64,000 nucleotides of DNA from the NCBI RefSeq assembly GCF_009914755.1, contig NC_060927.1; one strand, written 5' to 3'. The notes beneath the pieces were generated by a model. The model did no database searches. It was not told where the DNA came from and worked only from the letters and a program-made list of their open reading frames with translations. This document shows, one piece after another, positions 15,370 through 28,479 of the stretch (its first letter is position 1; every line of letters begins with the position of its first letter). Made by a program: the position numbers and the translations under genes. Source of the DNA: the human T2T-CHM13v2.0 reference genome, Homo sapiens.

Positions 15370-15843
15370 TGGTACCCATTCCCCCAGCTACTGTGTATTG
15401 GCTGTCAAAGGCTCACAGCTGTGAGAAGAGATTTTAGTTATTCAGTGTTTCCAGAGTTTCAACAAGGGATACGGACACAAGCAGCCGAGGCTGCTTCTTA
15501 CAGAGTGTCCTCTGGAGAGGCGTGTCACCTGGCAATGCCTGGGAGGTTATGCTGTCACTGGGGGATTGTGGGAGGGGCCAAGCCAATGACTGACCAATTC
15601 ATACTCAGTACAAAGGCCTAACCCCTTGCCTCAAGGTGAGAAAACTCTTGGCATCGTCATGGGCCAGAAATCCCACTGGATCAGACTGAAGCTAGACTTC
15701 AGCTCAAACCACATCTTGGCTCAGCTTCTTTCCCTGCCCTATCCTGTTTACCTTACAGGACTCTTCTGAAAGCACCTCAATAAATCACTTGCACAAGAAA
15801 TCTCTGCCTCAGGCTTGGCTTCTGGGAACCCAACCTAAGTCAC
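15370..15843 (+). mobile_element. LTR16-like (ERVL) solo LTR, interrupted by an 85-nt insertion
   Basis: GGCTCACAGCTGT, AGCCAATGACTGA, CCTTGCCTCAAGG, AATAAATCACTTGCAC and a terminal GGGAACCCAACCTAAG resemble the LTR16 family. Confidence 0.65.
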
Positions 15844-16884
15844 ATCTTTTATTTTTCCTTCCTAGCATACGCCCCAAATTGAAATCATGTATTTGTATGG
15901 CTAATGGTTTAATGCCTGTCTCCCCAACTAAAGGCTCCATGAAGGGAGAGGCCACACTTACTTTGTTCATTGCTATACTCCCAGTGCCAGGCATGGTGCC
16001 TCCCACAGAGAAAAGCAATATGCAGGCTCTAAACTGGAAAGCTGTCAGGAACCAATAGGCCACATAGCCTCTTGGCCTCCCTCTCCAGATACTTTCCTTT
16101 TTGGGTGTTTTGGTACAGACAATTGAAGAAAGCTACCCTGTAACAGCAACTTAGCATTTCTTGTGCCCATCATCCTCAAGCCAGTCCTAGACGGAGATTT
16201 CGAAGCCCTGGTTGGCAAAATCTGACTAGCCCAAATTAGGTCACCTAATTCCTGATACAATGAGCTACAGTTCTGGCACCATAACACAAGTTACGAACTT
16301 GCCCAGAGGCTATTCCTGGGGGTGGCGGCAGTTCTCGGATGAGTGTCATAGACACAAACCAACAGCTGTCTTACAGATATCATATTCTGGTTCAGCAGAA
16401 ATCAAGAATAGCTTTCATATTTTACTGGTCTACTAATATTCCAGGGAAAGGCTAGGCAGGATTCACATGAACATTTGTCAAGTTCTTAGATGTTAGTGTC
16501 TCAGAGATTACATACCACAAGTAAGCTGTAAAATCCTCATTTAACAAGAATGTGAAAGAACTGTGGCGTTCTAGGTATTTTAATTTTTTGAAAAGCTTTT
16601 TCTCTTGTATAAGTTTTTTTAATATTGTAAGTCTCTTTTCTATTAGGTTGTCTTTCTTTGCTTACTGAAGGGACTGGTGCCTTGGGGTCTTTATTCTGAA
16701 GATAAAAGATTTCTAGGCAGAACTACTGATGCAAAGAGAAGAAATCAGCCTGGATGTATCTGGATTATAGGATAGCTGCTAAAATCATGTTTGTGATTGA
16801 AAACCTAAAATAAGCTAATTTGTTTTTTCATGTACCTCTTCCTCCTAAAAGCTAAGTAAACAAAAAGACCCAGCATAAAAAGGA

Positions 16885-17761
16885 TGAGAAGAGATTTTAG
16901 TTATTCAGTGTTTTCAGAGTTTCAACAAGGGATACAGATACAAGCAGCTTCTTACAGAGTTTACAATCTGGGGAGAGAACATGAAAGACACTGTTTAACA
17001 GGCAAATAATTCCAGGAATAAATATACATGAATGTGTTTTTCAAAATACAGGTTCTTATACAAATGTATAACTAAATACTGATTCCATAGTGGGGTGGTT
17101 GTAACTGAAAGGGCTTTGAGAAAAGGCTTTGAATAAAACTAGTCATCCACCTAGCCAAAGATCCTTTCCAGCAGCACAAAAGGAATTTGTAAGGAGAACA
17201 GAGATTAACTGTCAGATATCTTTCTAATCTGTAAATTTATCCAAAGTTTGAAAATACCATGAAGAATCTTAGGAATGCCAGTAACCAGGGAATGGGATAT
17301 TTGCATATCACAACATCTACAGGCTAAATACACTCCGAATGCTTCTCAATGTGGGGAAGTATGAGAAGTTAATAATTCTCCTAGTGTCTGGCTTCCTTTT
17401 TCTTTGCCTTTCCCTCTCATACGTTCAATCACCTGTGTTACAGGACACACATAAGTAGTTGGAAGGTGTTAAACTTTGACAGCAAAGCAAAATCAGAGGT
17501 AGAGGCAAATGTTTAACCAATCATGTTCAAATATAAGCTACTCAATGAAGAGTTTTAGGTTTAAAGAGCGAAATATTCACCATTACTGAGAAATCTCAGT
17601 TTCTCATTCAATTTCGCATTGCACTTTGCTACCACAAACTAAATGGGTGTACATTTTTGAGTGCTGATTTATTACTCAAAGGTTTGAATTTGGAGACTGA
17701 AACAAACCATGCTTTATCTGTGTACTTTGAGAAAATCCATCCACAAGAAAGGAGCCAAGCG
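16885..17761 (-). other. ANAPC13: ANAPC13 3' UTR (distal end inferred)
   Basis: Follows the TGA stop; AATAAA at 17673-17668 and variant signals AATAAC/ACTAAA at 16905-16896; another AATAAA at 16695-16690. Confidence 0.6.
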
Positions 17762-17887
17762 TCAGTTTCCAATGGGGGGAACATTCTCATGGAGGTACTG
17801 TAAGGCTAAGTCTGTCCACTTCATTTCTTGTTCTTTGACAGATTCTGTGGTGCCACCATTGTCTTGTTCAGGTTCAGGAAGCTCATT
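17762..17887 (-). CDS. ANAPC13: Anaphase-promoting complex subunit 13, last coding exon (NELPEPEQDNGGTTESVKEQEMKWTDLALQYLHENVPPIGN*)
   Basis: TTTTCAG acceptor, 41 codons plus TGA; joins the previous exon in phase 0 to give the recognised 74-aa APC13 protein. Confidence 0.97.
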   Translation of the reverse strand, partial: NELPEPEQDNGGTTESVKEQEMKWTDLALQYLHENVPPIGN

Positions 17888-18516
17888 CTGAAAAGGTACA
17901 ATAGAAATTCAGAACAGTAATATATTCTGCATCTTCTTGGAACTCAAGAACACTTAGAATTAAAGCTTGTGAGTTCCTAGGAACAGGCAACATAATTGAT
18001 ATGTGTATTCTAAAAAAGCTAAAATCATACACGTGAGGAAACTATCAGAAGTATCATTCAAACATGGCCTGGGCCTTCTTCAGTAGGGAATGATGGGCAT
18101 TTTGACTCTGACATTTGTGAAGGAGGCACTGTGGCAGAAAGGTTAAGGGCAGAGGCTTTTGGAAGCCAACTAGGATCCAAGACCACAACTCTCCCATTTG
18201 CTGGGTTACTTGGGCAAGGTATGCAAACCCTTGGGGCCTTTGTTTCTTCCTTGGCAAATGGGAGAACAAAAGAGCCATCACCTCACAGGACTACTGTAAG
18301 GATTAGGTGAGGTAATTCAGATCAAGTGCTGAGCACTGTGTGGGGTATCCAGTGCTCAAGGAATATTTGCTATTATTATTAGCGGCTAGGAACACTGAGA
18401 TGAGTGAATCCTAAATCTTCTTTAGCGGGAGCGTGCTTTAAAAGAATACTAGTTTGCTGGCATATTCCTTAGACACAAGAAATGTATCCAAAAAATTATC
18501 TTGGACCCAACATGTC

Positions 18517-18820
<304 letters not shown>

Positions 18821-18890
18821 CAACATGTCTATATTATAATAAAAATGGAGGTAGGGCAGGAAACACTGAAAATGTAATTAATAGATAAGA

Positions 18891-18904
18891 CCTCCCTCTA
18901 GTGG
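18891..18904 (-). promoter_or_regulatory. Candidate CTCF motif
   Basis: Minus strand reads CCACTAGAGGGAGG. Confidence 0.45.
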
Positions 18905-19592
18905 TGGAGCAGAGCAACAAAAAACACAACAAATGACCAATTCACACCCTACCAGCAATTTTCTTAAAATGGTAAGTCATGGGCCACACTTACTGTAGGA
19001 TCTGGGATCATTTACTTGTATTTTAAGTTTAAATGTATTACTACTGAAACTCTGCTTTGTACCAGAGTTCACAGATACCAATATATTTCTTTTCAATTAT
19101 CTGTGTTTTGTTTTATGGTTAGCAAACTGTTATGCGATATCCAGACTTAAAATTTTCCACTGGATTCTAATTTGTAGTATGTGAATATGTTTTCCCCTCT
19201 AAAATTATGCTCAATATATATTAAATGATATTTACTTATCTATATTTGAATCACATACATCTTGTTCTACAAGACAGATTCAAACATACTTGAACAGATT
19301 GAGAAGAGCTATCATTTATTGTAACGCAATAATATATTATCTTAAACTTAAAAAGAAAGTTCAGTCCTAATAATTACTTATAGATGACAAAGAATAAATA
19401 GGTCCTTGGTTAATGAATTCTTTAATTCAGAAGCAGACAACGTTGCTTAATTTCATCCTATCTGTGGTATGCTTTCTAAAATAATGTGTCTTTCATTTGG
19501 TATCTACTGTCCCTTGCAATACATGCCAACACATAAAATGGCATATATGCCTGGAAAACAAAAACAAAAGTATCATAAACCCAGCCACCCAT

Positions 19593-20085
19593 TATGGTGT
19601 ACTGTAAAATGCCCTTAGTTCTTTGCAGCTACTCTTATCAAAAGGTGAAACTGATTTCCCCAATCTTGGATTTGGACTGGCCCTGTGAGTTGTTTTGGCC
19701 AACAGAATGAAGCTGTCATGCCAGTGGGCCAGTTCTTGGCCTAAGCTCCAAGAAGCTCTGCCGTTTCCTCTCAGGTTGCTCTTGGAACCCTGAGATTGAG
19801 AAGTCTGGGCTAGCCTGCTGGATACCAGAGACCATGGCATAGTCACCCCATCACCCAGCAGACAGCTTGTTAACTGCCAGACATGTGAGACAGTCCTAGA
19901 TTACCCAGCCTCCAGAGTCTGTTGGCTGACTGCACAACACAAGCAAGCCTGGCAGGGATCAGCTGAGCTGGTGCAGACTAGAAGTCCCTCCCAGCTGAGC
20001 TACAAAATCATGAAATAAACAGTTGCTCTTTTAAGTCACTAAGCTTTGGGGTGACTTGTTATGCAGCAAAACCTAACTGGCATAC
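19593..20085 (+). mobile_element. MLT1-type MaLR LTR
   Basis: TTTGGCCAACAGAATG and terminal TTTTAAGTCACTAAGCTTTGGGGTGACTTGTTATGCAGCA...ATACA typical of MLT1. Confidence 0.75.
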
Positions 20086-20229
20086 ACATTGCCTTAGAAT
20101 CGCAAGACAAGCGAAAGGTGTGGATTAGCAGCAGGGCCAAGCCAACTTCGCCTGGAAGTCAGCAGGGAAACCTCCTTCCACCCCTGCCACCCAAATGTTC
20201 TCCAATCTGAGCCATAAACTTCTCCAGAA

Positions 20230-20875
20230 ATGGACGTCTCCTTTATTTTCTTGACTTTGTTTAGGCCCTCCTCCCTTGCCTAGACCACAACAGCTTGCCA
20301 ATTGGTCTCACTTGCCCCTATCTCCATGTCACACCATCTCTAACAATGCTGGCTAAACTGATTTTCCAAAAGCCAAATCTGAGCATAGCAGTCTTGCTTT
20401 TAAGACCATTCATTCCTGGATCTCCTGAGGATGAGGTCTAAGTGTGATATCAAATACCACTCTCAATCTGATCCAAGCCCAACTTTTCAGCCTACTTATG
20501 TGACAAATGTATTCTTCATCCACAGTGAATGACTTACCATGTCCCAAAGCCTTTCAAAACTCTGGGCCTTTACACATCTGTCCCCTCTGCTGCAATACCC
20601 TTGTCTACCTCCACTAAACTTCTGGTCCTTCCTTATGACCCAGCTTAAACATGACATTCTCTCAGAAGCCTTTCTGATGCCCACCAGGCAATCAGCCACT
20701 TCGTATATGATGTGGCTGTTTATGCCCCCACCTAGAATATTTATTATCACAATTACTTATCTATAAGTGTTGCCTTTCTAGACCCCTCAGGAGGAGGAAC
20801 TGTATCTTATGTTCACATAGTCTTATGGCACACAGTAGGCTTCAAAAAATGCTTGTCAAATGAATGAATGAACAG
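20230..20875 (+). mobile_element. L2 LINE 3' fragment
   Basis: Degenerate L2 3' end GGCACACAGTAGG...AAATGCTTGTCAAATGAATGAATGAA. Confidence 0.6.
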
Positions 20876-21977
20876 AAGTTCACAAGACAGGATTTGGAAC
20901 TTCACAGACCTAGGTATATGTTATATGAAGCCCTACTTACCTGCTACCAGACTTTGGGCAAGTTGCCCTTTCTGATCCTATTCTTTTCCTATAAAATGGG
21001 AATAACAGCACTTCCCTCACAGGGTTGTTTAAGAATTAGAGATAATGTATATTTCCAACCTCAGTCCATGGCATAAAACTGGTATTCAATAAATGACATC
21101 TATAATTCTTATTATGCTCTCTCTTTTGACTATTTTCCTAAGCTTGAACTAACCTATGACTTATTTGATATGTATATTATTCATTGAACATATTACTATC
21201 TCTTATTCGTAAATGAAAATACAGATGAACTATTTTATTTCTTTGCAAACAGCAGCAGCAGATATTCTAACTATAAATTATATTTTATTCAATACTAACT
21301 ACTCTTCTCAGGGCAGCTGGCATGCTTTAAAGAAAAACAGTCCCGTTTTCCCTTTTTTAGGCCTCTATGACATAAATAGGATTTTAAACAAACATTTATA
21401 TAAGCAAAACTTTTGGATCACTTATTACATGAGGTTTAACAAACTCCCTGCAGCAGAGTTTTCCAAAGATGGGGAAGAAAAGAGTATTCCAGAAGGCCAC
21501 TGGCCTAAACGCAAAAGAATACCCAGGTATCTTCTGAATATTTTCCAGGGAACCTAAGATAGGTGTATGCTCCAAGAATGTAAGTTTCTAAAAATGCTGA
21601 AAGACTGATGAGCCACAGGCAGGGAAGTAAGAAACAGAGCTCATATGCTGCTGCTTCTTGTTCTTCCCCATCTTGCGCATTAAACTCTCATTATTTGGTT
21701 TCTCTGGTTTTCGTGTGGTGGACAGAACATGGCTCAGAAAATCGGGGCTCTAGTCCTGGCATGACTCCTAACTGACCTGGCCATGTTAGCTCCCTGAACC
21801 ACATTTTTCTTCAAATAAAACATACAACTGGATGCTCTCCAGAAGCTTCTAGAGTTAGAGAATTCCACAGCTTTGATTTCTTTGCCACACTAGTTTATCT
21901 TCCATTGATATCCCTCCTCCACTAGTTACTGCCAGATCAATACCTTTAACCCATCCTCAGCTCAAATCATAACCTAC

Positions 21978-22076
21978 CAGTGGTATTGCGACATCCTCAT
22001 AAGGCAGCTTGTCTTCTCGCCAAGCATCATCAATCAAATCCAAGATCCTTCCATCTCTCTGAACCTCACTGTCCAT
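21978..22076 (-). CDS. ANAPC13: Anaphase-promoting complex subunit 13, first coding exon (MDSEVQRDGRILDLIDDAWREDKLPYEDVAIPL)
   Basis: ATG in GAAAATGG context; exon 22103-21978 bounded by CTTACAG acceptor and CTG|GTAGGT donor; recognised APC13 N-terminus. Confidence 0.97.
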
Positions 22077-23271
22077 TTTCCTGCAGCTTTGATCTTGTCA
22101 AATCTGTAAGCCAAAGAGGTTATTTCTTAAACACGAAGACTGAAGAGATGGTATAATCCACTATTAGGATTCTCCAGGCTTTTTAGTCTGGGGCCACCTT
22201 TTGGGAAAAGGTTCATTTTCTCATATGGGCCGGGTGACTACTTTGATCACAGTTCCTCTCTCCAACCCCAACTGATACATATTTTATAGTGTATACTGGA
22301 CAGGCATAGCCCAGCTGACAGACCAGTGTCATAGAGTGTGACAGGAGAGCAACACGTTAAACGAGGCCCTCAAATATTAATATGTTGCATCTCAATGTAG
22401 CTCTTCTCTTCTAACTTGAACATTCACCTTTTCCTGTTTGTGATGCCTTTGATGAGTCCCTGATTCATAATGGCCAGCTAAGTTTCCTTTCTAGCCCCTG
22501 GCTCAAACCTCAGCATTCTTAGGCACAGGAGTCACACGAACATACTGTAAAGGAAACGGCTTCCTTCCCTAAAATAGTACCCAGGCTGAGATCTGAATAA
22601 AGCACTTCTAGGTGAACACCAGTGGTAGAACCTCATACTGCTAAAGTTTCTCCAGTTTCTGCTTCCCTTTGGGGTAGCTCCTTCCTCGGAGGTTCCTTCC
22701 TCTAATTCTTAACGCTACACTCCCTTCAATTTCTGGCCCAAATGGTCACGATGCTTATTTAGCTCCTTGACCATGGCTGATTCCCCATTTTTCTCTGAAA
22801 CTGCTATAATCTAATCCAAAAGGCTGGCTAGCTTGGAGGATACTTCTGGATTTCCCTGTTTCCAAGGTTGGGCCCTGACTCATCATAGGCATCATCCTAT
22901 GGGTGCTCCCTGCTACCAAGTGACAATCCAAAAAGCCCGGAAGCCACTGGCATCAAAGGTACTCTCAGTTTCTGAGACTATGGAGACTCACACAATAAGC
23001 AATTTTGGGGTGGTGGAGCGGGGTGGAACCCACCATCTGGAGGTGCTTTTTTCAGAGCTCAGCCTGGGTGATATTTTAAGGAAGGAAGCCATTTCCTTTA
23101 CAAGCTCAACTTCAGACATCGTCTTGCCTTGAGGATTTGTGTCAGGTCTGTAGTTGGTCCCTTCGCATAGTCCAGTTTAGTGTTATCTCAGTATGTTCAT
23201 GAGCTCCTGTGCCTAAGAACGCTGAGGTTTGGGCCAAGGCAGGTGGAAGTTTTTGTAAAAATGGCTCACAG

Positions 23272-23589
<318 letters not shown>

Positions 23590-25122
23590 TCACAGCTGTC
23601 CCCCATAGGATAACTGCAAGATATCCCTAACACCTTGGCAAAAATTATACACAGATTGGTGTGGGAAAGGGTTTATACCCCCATGACAAGGATCTCGGCA
23701 AAAGTTAAGCAAAATGCGCCCTGCTACTTCTGTCACCGGTGAGCCAGGTGAGGGCTTAATTAATCCAGTACTCAATAATTAACCGAGTACTACCCAGTGG
23801 ATAACTCAAAGCAAGACGAAGTTTTGGTTATACTTTTGAAGTCCCTGTCTTACAAGTGCTCCCCACTTTCCTGCTGCTACTCCTTTGTCCTTGCTGCTCT
23901 GTCTCCTGGGATACCCTTCTCACTTTCCTCAGCTGATCCAAACCTGACTTTCGGAGGCCCACGTAGATTTTCCACCTTTGTAAAGTTTTCTCAAATCACT
24001 CGAGCTTCAGTAGGCCTTCTATCCTTGAACTCTTGCTTCTTGTCCTAACTTAATCTACTAAACAAGCTAGGTCAGCTTTGTGGTCAATTGCTCAGGTATT
24101 ATTGCCTCCAACTGTTACGTGTACATTTTGTACCCATGATTCCTTAGTAGATCTTTCCACATTTGGTCTCAATCTTTTTCACCTGTCCCTTCTCCAAACA
24201 CCTCCAACCCTGTCACATTTTCCAGCCTTGACAGTTAAAACCCCCTTTTCCACATCACTAATGCCACTCTTCCTTTCAAGATAAACGCAGGCGTCAGCTC
24301 TAGAAGGTCAACATCCCATTTCCGGGATTAGGCGCGAAGGTGCCTTCCCTCATAAGGGGCTGGAAGGATGGGAAGCATCAAGATAATCAATGCCCAGGGC
24401 ACACTGATTATCTTGTGTATTAAAGCCACCGTCCCAAGTACTCGTCACCCAGTACGACCACTGTTTCCTGAACAAACTTTTCTTACTCACGTGACAGTCC
24501 CGATGCCTGCAATGCTCTTTGTTTCTTCCTTTTTATTCCAGTGAACCCACAGTCAGTCTAAAAATCTTAGGTCCCAGGTCGCTTCCTATAGGAGGCCGCC
24601 TCCAAACCCCAGGCTGAGTGCGGTCCCGGTACCCACCCCTCCAGGGGTCTCACAGTTCCCTAAGCACAGAGCATGGCACCAACTGGGGAGTCTGTCAAAC
24701 AGCCCAGATGAATGTCTTTCCAAACACGCGGTGCCTGCGTTTCCAGGGACAGGGACACGTCTTATCAATTTCTATATATTACAGCTTTGTAAACATAATA
24801 TTTATAAAATCAAAGCGGGAAAGCCTTGTTCCTTGCTAGAAATGAGCCTCGCAGGCCACCACCATCCGCACCGTACGACAGGCCGTCCCTCAGCTGCGGC
24901 TTCCTGCCTCAGGCAGGATGTACCAAACGTGGAAGCGGAGACGGGGAGGTCTGGGGGTGCCACGCAAGTCCCTTTCCTCCCGACACGAGTGCAGTAAAGA
25001 AAAACGGTTATGAGCGTAAAGTGACAGCCTCGGCCGATGGGAATAGGGGGAAGTCCGACACTGAGCAACGAACGCATTCCCGCGCCTCCAAAACCTAGGC
25101 CGGGGGCGCTGGAAACCCTTAC

Positions 25123-25190
25123 CGGCACCCGGCCACCGCGGCAGACGCTTGCTCCTGCCACGCCCCGCCCTCCCCCGCATCACGTGTCTG
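25123..25190 (-). other. ANAPC13: ANAPC13 non-coding exon 1 (start approximate)
   Basis: Donor CCG|GTAAGG at 25123/25122 inside the CpG island, upstream of the exon 2 acceptor. Confidence 0.75.
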
Positions 25191-25289
25191 CACTCGCTTT
25201 CCTCGGATTCCCGGATGTGGGTGAGTTCATTTGCTCGCGTGCAGGGGAAGTCTGGAGAAGGCATTGTTTCAATTATTAAAAGTGTGGGG

Positions 25290-25370
25290 GCAGTGGGCGG
25301 AACAAACGCGCCGACTACAGAGGCTGGACGTAAGCTTAGCGGTGGCGCGCGTGCGCAGCGCCGGCCCGAG
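25290..25370 (+). other. CEP63: CEP63 non-coding first exon candidate (start approximate)
   Basis: Donor GAG|GTAACG at 25370/25371; alternative donor TGG|GTGAGT at 25220/25221. Confidence 0.65.
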
Positions 25371-27179
25371 GTAACGGCGGGAAGGCTCAGGGGCGTTCTT
25401 GCGGCAACCCTGTAACCGCCGGTGCGCAAGTTGGAGGGGCAAGGGGCTGCCGTGTCCTGGTCTGGAGGCGGCCCAGGCTGCCTTGGTGATTCTGGCTTCG
25501 CGGCCTCATGGCTTGCGGCCGGTTTGCGCAACGGCCTGCGAACCACCAGGCGTGTCACCGCCGGCTTGGGTCCGCCCCGAAGCCCAGTCCCTCGGCCTGG
25601 CCCGCTATGCCCTGCACACTGGCGGAGTCTGGCGTGGCGCAGCCCGGCGTGGGGTTCGGCCCCGCCAGGTGGTCAGCCCTTCCTCGGAGTCCAGGTGGCT
25701 GGGGGCGCTTCGGAGAGTGGCCAGGTGGGCGAGCGAGCTGCGCCCAGTACTCACCTTCCCCGGCGGACCCACCTTTTCAGCGGAGAGACCCCAGTGCGGC
25801 CTCCCTGCCAGGGCTGCTGTCTAGCTAGCGCTGTTGGGACTACTTCATTCACGGCACAAGGGGACCCGCTCATTTAGTGTGGCATGTTAAGGTTGGCAGC
25901 TTTTAAAATAGTGAGTTGGTTTAAACGGTTATGTTAGTACAAGAGGTACGGAAATGTGGCATAAATCGTGGACTGAAATTGGAGAACCCTGAACTAACGG
26001 CTCCATGCACACAAATGAGGGATAGAAAGAAATAAGGACGGTTTCTTAGGAACACTTTAATCATGGAGATACTTGAAGACAGTACATTTAGGCTTATAAT
26101 GTGGTTTTTCTTACGTCCCTTACGACATCAGGAGAGTAAAGATGAGTATGATGTCAGAGACAGGTCGTCTTTTACAGTTTCAGCACCGTACGCTGATATG
26201 CACAGAGTAGTTTTCCCTGAGCCTTATGTCTGGTTAAACTTGTTAAAAGAATTTATTATTTTAATAAAGCAGTATTGTAGGGTAGATGCCCTGTATTTAT
26301 ACAGTTCCTCAAGTGCTTGCATTTATTTTTTAGATACGAGGAAATCATAAGGATCGTTGATTAGATTTCTGTTAGCTGTAGCTTAATGATGAAGTGTATA
26401 TATTTTCTTATTTGGCATGCAGTACCATTTTTAGATTGATTTTTATTTTGAGTTTGCTTTTTGACTGTGGCATTATCAGTGATCAGGGTAGTAAAAAGCT
26501 CTGAAACTAAATTAGAGTAGAGATTTATAAACAGGCACACTGCCTTTTAAAATGTATGTAGATGCAAATCTAAAAGTTGTTTGTAAAAATTGTGTATGTT
26601 GATTGTACTGATGCCATTTCCTCTCGTTAAAATGGTGGAAGACCTTTGCTTAGTCCTTTCTGTTCTAATTTATGTTGTGCTGGCAGATGGTGACAGCATC
26701 AGTAGTCCACTCTGTCATTGCTTCCTGCTTTCAAAAAATGTCAACTTGACTTGAAATTCAGCTAAAGCCAACATTGACAGAAGGTTTCAGGAACTGAATC
26801 TCCGATCTTTATGTTATTTTAGTCCGCCTCCCCGCCCCCATCAGGAGCTAGGTTTTTCAGTTTTACAGAGCCACAGTACTGTCATTACACATACACAAAT
26901 TAATAAAAATTCTCTAATGTCAATATCCAGTCAGATAACGATTTCTTCAACTGTCTCTTAAATGTCTTTTTACAATTAGCTTGTTTGAACCAAAATCCCA
27001 CAGGGATCTGCCTATTGTGTTTGGGTGATGCACATTTGACATCTTTTAACCTATATTTGTTCCCTCATAGCTATAGCTATGGGATTAGCCCCTATTTTTC
27101 CTTACAGTTCTAAATTTAGCAGATTGCATCGCACAGTATCCTTTAACATGTATCTCTGTTGCCTTTATGTCCTCTAAAC

Positions 27180-27933
<754 letters not shown>

Positions 27934-27959
27934 CTCTAAACCAGTAGTTAGATGTAGAA

Positions 27960-28475
<516 letters not shown>

Positions 28476-28479
28476 CTAG

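Larger units (their letters stand above)
24840..25870. promoter_or_regulatory. CpG island / bidirectional promoter of ANAPC13 and CEP63
   Basis: High GC and CpG density; GC box CCCCGCCC (about 25163), E-box CACGTG (25181), ETS-like CCGGATGT (25211), NRF1-like GCGCGTGCGCA (about 25347); splice donors on both strands. Confidence 0.9.

Noticed and set aside
24890-25877. Long ORFs (up to 222 aa) over the promoter on both strands
   Set aside because: Expected in GC-rich CpG islands with few stop codons; low-complexity Arg/Pro/Ala/Gly content and no recognisable homology
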